DNA of 64,000 nucleotides, taken from IMG/VR virus record IMGVR_UViG_3300033233_000014, positions 32,001 to 96,000 of that record, one strand, 5' to 3'. Shown here in pieces: positions 43,444-55,351 of the stretch (positions are counted from its first letter, which is position 1; each line of letters opens with the position of its first letter). Origin of the DNA: a virus. The notes under the pieces are model-generated. The model saw nothing but the letters and a program-made list of their open reading frames with translations, was not told the origin of the DNA and made no database searches. The translations under genes and the position numbers were made by a program.

Positions 43444-45808
43444 CTACGCGCCCGGCTTCTTGTCCTGGGGATGCACCGCCCCAGGCTCCGGCACGTTGGT
43501 CTTGTCGAGCACCGGCGCTGCCTGCGCGTCCTTGAGCATGTTCTGCAGGCACTCCACCACCTCGTCCCGCGTGTCGCCCACCGCGCCGACGGGATCCTCG
43601 GTGATAGCCCACACCCGCCCCTGCGCGTCGAAGAACGCCTCGTGGATGCCGAACGCCTCGGTACCGTCCTGCTCCACCTGCCGCACGATTCGGTAGTTCC
43701 AGCCCATGCGAGCCTCCTAGACGAAGTCGATCTCGATGCCTTCGGGAATCGGAAACTCGTGACCGCAGAAGCGGCCCGTCTGGTCGTTGTTGCGGCACTC
43801 GAGCCGCGGGTTCGTCCCGTCGTCGTAGCCCTCGCCCGTCTCGTAGCGGCCCGAGACGCGCAGCACGCCGTGCTCGTTGAAGCCCTCGACGTTCCGGTGG
43901 TTCACGATGTCCTCGATGTACCGGAACGCCTCGATGCCCCCGCACTCCGGGCACCGGATCTCGATCTTCGTGCCGCTCTGGGTGGTTCCCGTCATGGCGT
44001 CCCCTTCCGGCGCAGATGCGACACGCGCGGCCAGTAGAGCGTCGGCCGCCCGCGCGGGCTCTTCGGCGGCACCGCCACGAGGTAGCTCTCGTGCCTGCGG
44101 CTCATCCCGAACGCGGTCGTCCGAAGCGCGAAGTCCTCAAGATTCTTCCCCACGACGAGGAGCGCCCCCTCGACCGTCTGCTCGGGCGGCACCACCGCGA
44201 GCACCTGCCCCGTCTTTCGCGTGGAGTGGCTCGCCGACTGGCTCTCCCAGGCCACCCGCGCCCCGATCTCGAACGTCTCGCTCATCTACGGTCCCCTTTT
44301 TCAGCGACGATCACGTTCTTGTCGGCCAAGAACTCCGCGCCGCACGAACATACCCACTTGACGTCGACCCGCACTTTTCCGATTTGCTTCACCTCGATGC
44401 CCCCGCTCACATACTCGATTGCCACAACGCGCTCTTCCATGACCTGGAACGGCCCCGAGGTGTTCCCGCACTTGGGGCAGCACACCATCTCCTCAAACGC
44501 GGCGACGACGGGCGCCGGCGCCTTCTCCCTCACCTTCAGCGGCATCTGCGTCTCCGCGGTGAGGGCCTCAATCACCTCGTCCGACACCAGCCCCTTCTTC
44601 GAACTCCGATCGAGTTCGTCGAGGACGCTTCCGATGCTGTGCTGGGCCGCATCAAGACGCTGGAGCAGAACTGAAAACTCATCCCGAACTTCGGCCCCAT
44701 ACCTGGCGAGGAAATCCGGGAGGCCCACCAACCTCTTGTTGAGCGCGCCCGACGACTGCACCAGCGTGAACCCGTCCGTCGCCGCCGTCCAGGCCACCTT
44801 GAACAGCCGGAGCATGGTCCGGGCCTTCGCGCGCTCCAGATCCCCCGCCTCCCGGAGTTGCGTGATCTGCCGCCCCGCCTCCATCTTCTCCTTCTCCCAG
44901 ACGGCTTCCCCGTTCTCGGCGCGTCGCCCGAGCCGCTCGATCTCCTGCCGCTGCGTCCGGATCTCCTGCACCAGGCCGAGAATGCCCGGCTTTGCCTCCT
45001 GCGCGAACTGCAGCACCGCGGGCGTGATGTCCGCGCGGGTCTTCACGGGCTCGGTGCGCCGCGCCAGTTCCGCGAGTTTGGCGATCTCCTTCTCGGTCAC
45101 GCGCCGCCCTCCGCCTCCGAGAAGTGATCCCCACACACCCGTTCGTAGCCGCCGTTCGCCGTCGGCCGCCCGCACGTCTCCATCCCATCACAGCCCTCGC
45201 GCTGGCACTTCCGCTCTGGAACCGGCTTCGGATCCGGCCATCCGAGTACGTCGAACGCGTGCTCGAGCGCCGAGAGGCCGCCGGTGAAGATGCGCGGCAC
45301 GCCGTCGGCGGGCCCGGCCTCGTAGGCGAACTGGTTCGTCATGTCCTCGAGGGCGTCCCGCATGTCGGCCAGCGCCGGGCCCACCGGCCCGAGGCTTCGG
45401 ACGTAGGCCGCCAGTGACTCCAGTTCCAGCGCCGCGAACGCCTGCTCGCCCCCCGTCAGCTTCCCGGGCACCACCGGCGCGCGGCGCCATCCCTCGGCCC
45501 TCCGGTCGCACTCGGCCGCAATCTGCGCCCGCGCCGCCTCGATCACGGCCGTGATCTGGTCAGACACCGGCGGCTCCCTGCTGGCGCCGCGCGCTGCACT
45601 CGGCCATGTACGTGCCGATCCGCTTGCCCGCCCGCATCGTCTTCCGCAGCAGGTTGTCGTACTCGCGCCGCTCCGGCGTCCGCAGGCACGCCCGCGTGTA
45701 GGCGCGGAAGGCGCGCTGCGATTCCCGTCCGAGCGCCGCGAAACGCGCCTGCAGGCGCCGGATCGTGGCCCGCTCCCGCTTCGTGGACCCCAGGTTATCG
45801 GCCTCCAT
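43444..45808 (-). other. Cluster of hypothetical proteins (43444-43707, 43717-43995, 43992-44285, 44282-45100, 45097-45567, 45560-45808)
   Basis: Translationally coupled minus-strand ORFs. Confidence 0.6.
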
Positions 45809-46334
45809 GCGCCTCCCCCTCAACATGCGGGTACGACGCCGCCACCTTCCCGAACAGCGCGAGCGCGTCGATCACCGAGATCGTGTTCCGCAGCAGGCGC
45901 ACGATGGCCGGCGGCATGGCGAAGCGCGTCTCGTTGATCCGCAGGCTCGCCTCGAGGCTCCCGTCCCGGTGGCGCAGCGTCGCCGCCTTCCAGTCGCAGA
46001 GCATCTCGAGGAGATCGAACAGGTTCATCCCCGCGATGCCGTCGGGGTGGTATTCAGGATGGTGGGAGTTGTGCGCGTAGTGGTGCGCGAGGGCCGGGCC
46101 CATCTCGCGCAGGCAGGCCCGGTACTCCTCGGAGCCGTAGGTGAGGGTCGCGAGCCGGGCGGTGAAGACCGCGTACATGGCGTCCTCGGGCGCCTCCAAC
46201 TTCGACCGATCGTGCCCGTCCGCCCGCGCCGCGAGTTCGAGGATGCACCCGAGCAGGAGCGACCGGACGGTGAGGATGTGGCGCATCGTCTCGGCCGCGA
46301 CGGTAGCGATCTCGGCCTGCGTCGGTTCAGACAT
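45795..46334 (-). CDS. DUF5662-like HD-type protein
   Basis: HDRSK...HHYAHNSHHPEYH...DLLEMLCDWKAA. Confidence 0.7.
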   Translation of the reverse strand: MSEPTQAEIATVAAETMRHILTVRSLLLGCILELAARADGHDRSKLEAPEDAMYAVFTARLATLTYGSEEYRACLREMGPALAHHYAHNSHHPEYHPDGIAGMNLFDLLEMLCDWKAATLRHRDGSLEASLRINETRFAMPPAIVRLLRNTISVIDALALFGKVAASYPHVEGEAHGGR

Positions 46335-46358
46335 GGACGTTCTCCCGATGCGCGGGCA

Positions 46359-46691
46359 TCAGTTGGCCGAGGGCTTGGGCACCGGCTTCGGCGCCGGCCC
46401 GATCGGCTCCCACCAGCATTGACACCCGTAGATGATCGTCCGCCCGTTCTTCATCGGCGTGTCGAGCACGATCTTCGGATTCCCTCGGGACTCCTCGATC
46501 TCGGCACCCGGCGGGAACTTGCTGTGATCGGTGAGATCGGGCCAGTCTTCGGCGTCGTGTTCCGAGAGGAGCGTCCCCTCGGCGTCCACGACGTAGTAGA
46601 CCGTGGCCTCACCGACGTAGGTGCCTTCGCCGAGCGGCGTCTTGCCGTCCCCCGCAAAGACCCGAACCCGCGTGCCTGATGCTCTCCGCAT
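46359..46691 (-). CDS. Hypothetical protein
   Basis: NPKIVLD...IIYGCQCWW; ATG just after the -10 box (possibly leaderless). Confidence 0.6.
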   Translation of the reverse strand: MRRASGTRVRVFAGDGKTPLGEGTYVGEATVYYVVDAEGTLLSEHDAEDWPDLTDHSKFPPGAEIEESRGNPKIVLDTPMKNGRTIIYGCQCWWEPIGPAPKPVPKPSAN

Positions 46692-46699
46692 ATGCCCGT

Positions 46700-46727
46700 A
46701 TTGTACCTGAACGGCTACTTTTGTCAA
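46700..46727 (-). promoter_or_regulatory. Early-type sigma70 promoter
   Basis: TTGACA-16-TACAAT. Confidence 0.7.
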
Positions 46728-46732
46728 CCGCT

Positions 46733-49700
46733 TTATCCCTGCAGCAGCCGATCCGGCAGCGCCAGGATCACGCCAGCGATGCGCCGGCCGATGACCGCCG
46801 AATCCATGTGACTCTGCGCCGCCGCCGGGGCATCCGGCTCCTTCTCGAGCGCGATCCGATCCTGGCTGTCGGCCCACGTCTCGGCGACCTTCGCGCACGC
46901 CTCACGCTCGTCGCGCACCGCCTGCTGCCTCTCCCGGGCCGCCACGCCTTTCGCCTTGGACAACTTCTCCTGGTGCTTCAGGAAGTCCTGCCGCAGCGTC
47001 TCGGTGTCCGCCCGGTACCGTTCCAACTCAGCCCGCGCGTCGGCCGACTCGACAGCGTGGTGCTTCGCCATCATGCCGCGCTCCTCGGCGATCCGCAGCG
47101 TGCTGTCCCGCGCGGACTCGGCTGCCAGGGCACGGGCGCGCCAGTCCACCGCCAACATGCAGCAGATCGACCCGGCCGTGGACCAGCAGATCCCGTCGTA
47201 CCACTTCTGGACGCCCTGCCATTGATGGAGTTGCCCTGCCCCAGGTTCGGGGACGCCGTTCGGACACTCGGCGGCGAACCGCTCGCTGTCCCGCGCCGTG
47301 CTCTTCGGCCGATCGCAGATCGGGCACCGCTCTACCAGCTCCAGTTCACCCACGCGCACCTCGTCGAGGAGTCAGCAGCGGCCCGAACAAGTCGAGCACC
47401 CGATCCGTCGCCGCCTGAAGGAGTGCCTCGTCCACCGTCTCCCCAAACAGCCCCGTCGCCACCAACGCCTGCAGATATTTCCACAGGGCGGGCGGGACGT
47501 ACACGATCATCTTGCGCGCGAGTCCCGCGCCGCGCGCTTGGTGCGCCCAACAAGTCGTGGAACCCGGATGCGGCGCGTGCCGGCACCGCCGGCCGTCGAA
47601 CTGCCGATGCGCGGTGCAGTAGACGCGATTCATGGCTTCGCGGCGAGCGCCAAACGCAAGACTTCGATACGATTCGTCTCGATCATGGTGAAGTTGCCGC
47701 GGCTCCGGCTGTCCGCGTTGCCTTCGAGGTCGGCGAGGACGCACTCGATGGCCGTTCGGAAGCAGTCCCGCTCGCCGAGCATCGGCGCCACGTCGCGGTG
47801 CAGCAGGCGCGCGTACCGCTCGGGCAGCCCGAAGTAGTCCGGGTTCGCGAGCATCTCCTCAAGCGCCTTCGCGCCCCGCAGGTACTCCAACTCGTCAGAG
47901 TCGTCCGCGATCTTCCAGAGTGCTTGATCCTTGGCAACCTGCGTGGCGAGTCGGTCCCGCTCCGCCTCCGCGGTGGCGAGGCGGTCGAGGACAGCACAGA
48001 TCGCCAACCGAGTGCGAACCAACAGTTCTTCTGGCGCCATGAACGCATTGGCTTTCACGTTGAGCACGATGCTGATGTCAACCGTGAAGTTTGTGAGGCG
48101 CGTCAGTTCCTTCTCGGCCTGCCGCGCCCGTGCCTGCCAGTCCACGGCGCGCTTGTCGCACTCGGCCGCCCAACGAGGCACGAACTCGCCAGTCCCTTCA
48201 TGGGCGCTGTACCGATGGCACTCCGCCGCGATGTGCTCGTCGCTGATGTGCCACGGCGGGCGCGAGCAGATCAGCCGATCACAGATCTGACAGCGGGCGG
48301 GCTCACTCACGCTGGGCCTCCTTCGGCGGCGCCGCCAGGAAGCCCGTCCCGCCGCAGACGTCGCATCGCACGGGCCTCTGGTTCTCGTAGCGGACGACGC
48401 CATCGCCGCACGCCTCGCAGTTCCACAGGCGCTTGCCGTTCCACCCGATCGGCACGCCGGGGATGTCGTTCAGCGGGCGCTGCTGGACGTAGTAGGGCAC
48501 CTTGACGGAACCCGTCGCCACCTCGAGGCCGCCCGCGAACCCGCCGCACGCCTGCGCCGGCTTCCGCAGCGCCGGATCGAGCCCCTCCTTCACCCGGAGG
48601 CGCTCGTTGCCGTCCCCATCGAAGCACATGCCGAACATCGCGGAGTGGCCCGCGTTGAAGTGCATGAGGGCGAGGAAGCCCTCGAGGCGCCGCATGATCC
48701 CCGCCGGCGCGGTGATGGTGAATGTCTTGATCTCGTCGGCCATGTGCTACTCCTCTTCCTTCTCGAGTTCAGGCAGGCTTGCAAGGGTCGGGCGCGTCTT
48801 CCCTGCCTCCCACGACTTCGGCGCGTGCTTCTCGATCCAGTCGTTCACGATCTTCTCGATCTCCTGCGGGGGCGCATCGAAATCGCTGACATCGGCATCC
48901 TCGTACAAGCAACCCGCCAGGAAGTCCCACACGTCGAACGCCGGCAGGCCAACCCGCTGGCAGATCACGAGGCGCAGATCCGCGACCGCGACTTCCTCGT
49001 CGGCGCAGTAGTCGAGCAACTCGTCCTCGTCCATGAAGTAGCGGTCGTCGTCGAACAGGACGAGCGGTGTCTCGCCGTCCCACTCGGCCTCGGGGATCGC
49101 CGCGTACCTGGTGGCTTCCTTCTTCTCGAGGCAGGGCGCGCAACAGGTGTAGGGCTTCAGGCGGCGTCCGGTGCAGCCCTCCTCCCCACACGGAAGATCC
49201 GTCGCGCAGCAGTAGCGCGCCACCTCCTCGTCGGTCACGCTGCCGACGAACACGCGGTTGCACGCCAGGCACGCCCAGCCCTGCATGGTGCCCTTCGGCG
49301 TGATGAGCGTCGCGGGCCCCGCGTTGTCCTCGTAGCGCACCACGGGCGGACTCGTGTTCATGCTCGCTCCTTCACGTCGCCCCACCCGAACAGCCCCGAC
49401 GGCAACACGCCCTCGGGGACGACGAACAGGTGGCGCGTGTTCTCCTCGTTCACCAGTTCCGCGGACGGCGGGAAGACCTCGACCATGCGGACATCTGGCC
49501 CCACCACCAGGTTCTTGATCGCGTAGAGCAGATCCCACCCGCACTCGATGGGCCGCCGATCGCGAGCCCGGATCTTCAAGTGGACGCCGTCGAACTCGGT
49601 GTCGTACTGCCGGATCATCCCGCATTTCCGGCAGCGCTCTTCGGGGAAACTCCCCACAAGATGCGGCGGGGACATCGCCACCACGAACTCATGCGCGCAC

Positions 49701-52425
49701 GGGGGATCCTGGTCCAGTTGGGACAGGAGCCACGAGATGACGTGCTGCTGTTCCTGATCCATCACCGCCCACGGCAGATCCAACCTCAACCGAACTGCCT
49801 TCGCTTCCAGCGAGTTCTCGTGCAGTAGCCGCCCGCTCGTTCGGAGCTTTCGATAGTCCCGGAGGAAGTCCAGGAACGCCTCGGCCTCGATCATGCCTGC
49901 TCCGAATCCTGGCAGTCGTGCGCCGTCGCCTTCCAGCACCCGTGCCGGCAGAACTTCGGGAGATCGTGCTCCGCGCACACGTCCCCGGTGAGGCGGCAGC
50001 CGACGCGGTTCAAGCCGCGCTTGCGCTTTCCGTCCGTTGGGGCGAGCGCGACATTGACGATGCCGACGATGATCCGCTGCGCCTCGGTGACCGTGAGCAC
50101 ACCAACCTCGCCGAGCACGCCGCGCACCTTGCGCAGCGCCTTCCGCAGCGTCCGCGCCTCCGCCACCGACCCAGCGCCCTCGGCCTCGAGCAACTGGACG
50201 TAGGCGGCCACGCAGTTCTGGCCGTCTCCGCAGGCCAGGCTGTGCTGCCGGCTGCCGTGTAGGCACGGCACGTCGCCCTTCCGCGCCCACGCGCGGTCTT
50301 TGTCCGTCAGCGGCCCGAACTTCGGATCACTCACGCCCCGCCCCCGTCACCCTTGGGATCTTTCGATCCGAGAATATCTAGAACGCGATCCGCCGCCAGG
50401 CGAATCTTCTCTTGATCGGCAAACGCCGCCTGCTGAAGGCGTATTTCCGCTGACTCCATCTCCTCCCGTGCCCCATCGCCGTGAAGGAATCGCAGGGCCG
50501 CCACCGCTAGCCCATTAGTCGCGTCCCATGTCCGCTCGGAGACGGACACCATTCCGCCGTTGATCCACGCCAACAGCGCACGTCGGTCGCAGATCAACTT
50601 TCCGCACACCTCGCGGTGGGGCAACTCCCTCATGATCCGCTCCGCCTCGATCAAGTTGACTTTGATCGCTACGGCCACGTCTTCCGAGTCGCAGATGTCC
50701 GGAATCACGATTCCCCGCATCGAATGACCCGCGCTGGGCCCTTGAAGTCCCTTCGGCAGTTCGGACTCGATGTCCTTCAACGCCATTCGCACATCGTTCA
50801 GAACTATCATCGTCGGGGCGAGAGACAGACGAAGCCGAACCGCCCGCAAGAGGTACCGTACAATCCGGTCAGGCTGGAGGTTCTCTTTCACATGCTCCAG
50901 CACAGCCAAAATGTCTCGCGGAACCGGCCCAGGAATGCGGTACTGATCACGCTGCTCAAACTCCTCCACGGCCACCCGCAGTTCGTTCTCGTAGTGCTCC
51001 TTCGCCGATTCCTCACTCTGCTCGTTGTCGCTCTCGGAAGCGAAGCCAGGTTCCCCATCCAGGAAGGCAAGAAAGTCGGTTGCCGCCTGCGCGATCTGCG
51101 CGAGAGCAGGGATCTCCGAGATCAGCGCCGCCACCATGTCGGGAGGCACCGAATCGCCAGCCGCGTACCGCGCTGCATCCTTACGGATGTCTTCAACGTC
51201 GCTCACGCGCCCTCCTGATTCCGCCGAAGGCGGACGAAGTAGGCAACACTTATTTCGTGCGCTGCCGCCGCCAGACGGGACGGGTGGGCGGAAGCCAGCG
51301 CCGCCTCGGCCTCGACTCGCGCGGCCTCCTCGGCACCCGGCGACACCGGGCCATACTTCGCCACCACGGCGCGGAGAGAGTCCATGCCATCTCGAAGCCG
51401 ATCCTCGGCCGCCTCCCGCCGTTCGGCCATCTTCTCATGATTGTGGATGCTGCACCGGCCACCAGGGATTGCCGGCCGGAGACACCGGCGCTCAGGCCCG
51501 GCCGGGGTGAGTATCTTCTCTACGCATCTCCCAGGGATCTGCCACCGCTCGCTCATCGCACCACGCCCCGACGCTCCTGGCGTCGCGGCTTCGGCGGCCG
51601 TCCCTTCGGCTTGTGCGCCGGGATCTTGTGCCCCAGTACCTGCGTCGGCCCGCCGCAGCACTCGGTGATGGTTCGGCCCGTGAGCCGCCGCCCGCACACC
51701 GGGCAGCGCACCTTCCGGGCGCGGCCATCGACATGATCGGCCCACGTGCCGCCGCCCGCACAGTAGCCGGCCTGCAGGCTCACGGCGTCTCTCCGACGCA
51801 CCCGTGGGGCTTCGCCTCGTCGCACCCGTGGCGGCACACCAGGGGGGAGTCGTGCTCCATGCACACGTCGCCCGTCGGGCGGCACCCCTTGAGATTCGGC
51901 CCGCGCCGACGCTTCGGCTTCTCTACGCACCGCGCGTGTGCCTCGATGAACCCGCCGAGAATCTTCACCAGCCCCCGCCCGTCGACGGGCACCTCGACGC
52001 GCAGCTTCTTCCCGCAGCGCCGGCACACCGCGCCGACGTTCGGCTCGGCCGCGGGATCCACCATCACCCAGTCAACGTGCGCGGTGTTCATGCGATCCTA
52101 CTGGCCGCCGCAGGAATGCCTGAAGCCGCCGTCGCACGTCTGGCGGCAAGACATACTTCGGCCGCTGCGCGATCAGGATCAGCGTCCCGAGGAGGAAGTT
52201 CCAGTCCTGCTCGCGGAACGTGATCGTGACGACGGTCTGTCGCTTCGCCCGAGACGTGGGGGCGGGCCGGGAGTCGACCCACAGGCGCAGGCTCAGGAGT
52301 GCGTTCACCTGGGCTGCGACCCGGAGCGCGGACTTCCCCTCATCGCGCGCCGCGTAGGCGTCCCGGTCCGCCCCGAAGGCGGCGATCCGCCGGTCGATCT
52401 CGGCGAGCAGGGTGGCGAGGGTCAT
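46733..52425 (-). other. Cluster of hypothetical, often Cys-rich proteins (46733-47359, 47346-47633, 47630-48310, 48303-48743, 48747-49361, 49358-49894, 49891-50334, 50331-51206, 51203-51556, 51780-52091, 52072-52425)
   Basis: Coupled minus-strand ORFs. Confidence 0.6.
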
Positions 52426-52751
52426 GGCTTGGTCCCCCCGAAGAAGTACCGCCGGAGGCGCATCGTCCACGGCAGCGGCAGCCGACGGATCGAGAGCATG
52501 ACGAAGCCCTCGGGGACGCCGTGCTTCGGCGCCCGAAGGATATGCGTCACGCGGACTGACAGGTGGCGGCCGGTGAAGCGTCCGTCGGGCGGGCCGCCCT
52601 TCGGGCCCAGTTCCGGCGGGATGAACTCGTCCAGACACAGTTCGTCCCCGACCTCGAAACCGCGGTCGTCCCGCCGCCACTCGGCGGTCTTCGTCCCGGC
52701 GCACACCGCCTCGAAGGCGTCGGGCCAGCACTTCAGCAGATGGAGGCTCAC
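52422..52751 (-). CDS. ASCH/DUF3850 domain protein
   Basis: HLLKCWPDAFEAVCAGTKTAEWRRDDRGFEVGDELCL. Confidence 0.8.
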   Translation of the reverse strand: MSLHLLKCWPDAFEAVCAGTKTAEWRRDDRGFEVGDELCLDEFIPPELGPKGGPPDGRFTGRHLSVRVTHILRAPKHGVPEGFVMLSIRRLPLPWTMRLRRYFFGGTKP

Positions 52752-53086
52752 GCGCCACCCCCGAGGTGACCGCCGCGCTGCACCGTCAGCAACTCTGGAG
52801 TCCGCACCGTCCACATGCGGATCGCCTTCCCCGCCCGCACCAGCGCCCGCAGCCGGTGCTGCCCGTCGAGCACGTATCCCTCCGGCGTCAACTGGATGGT
52901 GCCGACGCCCGCCACCCAGCGCCCGGCCCGCATCGCGGCGGCGAAGTGCGACACGAGGTGCGGCGCTGGATTCCGCATCATCCCTCGCGGCGTGCGCTCC
53001 AGCGCCTTCCGGGCATTCGTCGGCGTCCAGCGCACGATCCTGCGCTGGATCGGGGACTTCCGCGGCACCGCGCGCGACCCCGTCAT
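52748..53086 (-). CDS. Short ParB-like N-terminal domain protein (paralog of 32409-33308)
   Basis: WTPTNARKAL...AAAMRAGRW...GYVLDGQHRLRAL. Confidence 0.65.
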   Translation of the reverse strand: MTGSRAVPRKSPIQRRIVRWTPTNARKALERTPRGMMRNPAPHLVSHFAAAMRAGRWVAGVGTIQLTPEGYVLDGQHRLRALVRAGKAIRMWTVRTPELLTVQRGGHLGGGA

Positions 53087-53663
53087 CGGCCCACTCCCGT
53101 CTCTTCGCGCCGCGGCGTCTTCCCCTCCTTCGCGCAGAGCCGCAGGAGTTCCACCCGCACGTCCGCCCCCGCCCGATCGAGATCCACCAGGACGATCTCG
53201 TCGGCCGCCGCGATCAGGCTCGCGAAGCGCGAAGGGCACGGCCTGCCAATGACGTTCGTCGGAGGGCAGACGGCCCGCGGATCGAGGAACTCGGCGTACA
53301 GAATGGCCTTCATGCCGACCCGCCCGTCAGCGCCGCGATGTCCTCGTCGGTGAGCCCTGCCGCCGTCGCCTTCCGAAGCGCCGCCCGGCGCTGGCCGATC
53401 CGGAGTTCCGCCGCCTCGTCCTCCCGCGTCGGCTCGATGATGACCACCGGCCCGACCCAGCCCCCATCCTTCGCCCTGATCACCCACTCCAGCGTCACCC
53501 GCGCGTCGGTGCCCTGCACCCCGGCGCCACGCGCCAACCGGCGTGCCGTCCCTTCGCTGCGGCAGACGAACCGCGGCTGCTCCGTGCCCCGGCCCTCGGT
53601 CAGGTCGGTGTTGACCCACACGACCCAGGCTTCCTGCTGCACTCCCGTCCGCGGCGTCTCCAT
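53083..53663 (-). other. Two small hypothetical proteins (53083-53313, 53310-53663)
   Basis: Coupled ORFs downstream of a promoter; NTDLTEGRG motif. Confidence 0.6.
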
Positions 53664-53684
53664 TGTCCGTCCTCCTGCGCGCCA

Positions 53685-53713
53685 ATCATACCCCGGCCGA
53701 TGATATTTGTCAA
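53685..53713 (-). promoter_or_regulatory. Early-type sigma70 promoter
   Basis: TTGACA-17-TATGAT. Confidence 0.75.
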
Positions 53714-53756
53714 GTCGTCTTCGGCCGGATTCCGTCACCCGCAGACGGTCTGCGGA

Positions 53757-54807
53757 TCACGCCTTCGGAGGTTTTTCCTGCTTCGCCTCAATCTCACGCC
53801 ACCCCAGCGAGATCGACACCCGATGACGCGGCGTCGTGAGGCCGTGGCTCACATTCACCAGGAACTCCTCGAGCATCTTCCGCGCCGCCTCCGGCCCGCC
53901 GACCTCCAAGAGTCCGTGGAGCACAGCCCCCAGCATGTGGAACGCGACCCGACTGAATGCCCCCGCCCGCTTCTCTCCAGTCGGCAATACCTGCTCGATG
54001 ATATCGATCGCCTGCGCTGACGCCTTCCGCGCCACCCCATCTACCGACAGTCGCGCCCGCGGACTCCGCTCTCGTCCCTTCGGTGAAATCTTCGCCGGCT
54101 TCTCTTGCTGCTTCTTCCACATTCGGTGCCCCGCGATCACCGCGCGAAGCAGCATGCTCTTTGGGTACTGCGGCACGATTCCGTTCTCATGAAGAGAATC
54201 CCATTCGCACAGCAGCCGCCCAACGCCGCGCCGCGCTTCCGCATGCTCCATCTGCGCCGCGAGCGACACCGCCACCGCCGCCAATACCGCCTTCGGAATC
54301 TCATGGTAGAGCGGCCCGAGTTCCTCGACATAGTCGTTGTGGTAGAGCGTGCTCATTCAGTCCTCCTACGCTTTACGATTTCGTCTCGTTTTTCTCAAGA
54401 TCTGACTTCAGCGCTTGCACGACCGCCGCCCGGAACTCGTTTCCGAAGTGCTCCACCAATGGCAGCGCCAGCGGATTTTTCTCGGTCCCCAGCGCCCGCT
54501 CCATGTTCGCGGCGAGCGCCTTGGCATACTGCATAGCGCTGTTGAAGTAGCCCATCCAGAACAGGATGCGCTGCTGCTTCGTCATGCGCTCCCACAGCCC
54601 CGCAGCCTGCCGCCGGAGTTGTCCGAGAGGCGCCTGCATCCGGACTTCATTTCGCTCACGCAGCGCCACAAGATCGAGGCCGAAGTCGTCGCCGTCCCGC
54701 GGCTGAAAGAATCTCGGATCATCGAGCAACGCCGTCCGGTACATCTGCTCGATCTGGTACTTCCCGGGGTTCGGTTCCGTGGGGTACACCTGTGACCAGA
54801 TCGGCAT
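53757..54807 (-). other. Two hypothetical proteins (53757-54356, 54373-54807)
   Basis: ORFs with SD sites. Confidence 0.65.
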
Positions 54808-54828
54808 CGTTCTCCTCGTTCGCGAGAA

Positions 54829-54857
54829 ATCTTACCCGATTTGAGATTTTCTGTCAA
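54829..54857 (-). promoter_or_regulatory. Early-type sigma70 promoter (ATCGGG class)
   Basis: TTGACA-17-TAAGAT. Confidence 0.75.
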
Positions 54858-55351
54858 GCCACCGGAGGATCGTTCACAAGCAGTTCCCGCTCGATCGCCA
54901 CCCGCACATGCTCGACGTGCGCCCCGATGAGATGGCCCTGCGTGATGCCGCGCAGGATGTTTCGACCCAACCGCTGCCAGCGCTGCAGTTGCTCGACTGG
55001 GCTCCGCCGCGTCCGCATGTGCGCCGGCCCCGATCCCATCACATGGATCCACGCCCACCGCCCCGCCCGCGTCCGCCGCCGCTGCTCCTTCGGCAGCCGA
55101 TGGATGCGGTCATCCCGCAGCAGTTCCGTGACGCGCGCCCCGATGCTCTGGTGTTTCCCCTCAAGCGCATCCTCGATCTCCTCGACGGTCACCCCGCGCG
55201 ATCCCGCCGCCAGGATCTCCCCGAACACCGCCTCTTTCTGCGCCTGCCGGATCTCTGGAGATAGGCTCTGAAACGCCTCCCGGCTGTTCAGATCTCCGCC
55301 GTGGTAGCGCCGCGTCGGATCCCGCGCATCCTCTTCCGGCGGCCGGCTCAT
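54854..55351 (-). CDS. Winged-HTH DNA-binding protein
   Basis: GVTVEEIEDALEGKHQSIGARVTEL...RRTRAGR. Confidence 0.65.
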   Translation of the reverse strand: MSRPPEEDARDPTRRYHGGDLNSREAFQSLSPEIRQAQKEAVFGEILAAGSRGVTVEEIEDALEGKHQSIGARVTELLRDDRIHRLPKEQRRRTRAGRWAWIHVMGSGPAHMRTRRSPVEQLQRWQRLGRNILRGITQGHLIGAHVEHVRVAIERELLVNDPPVA

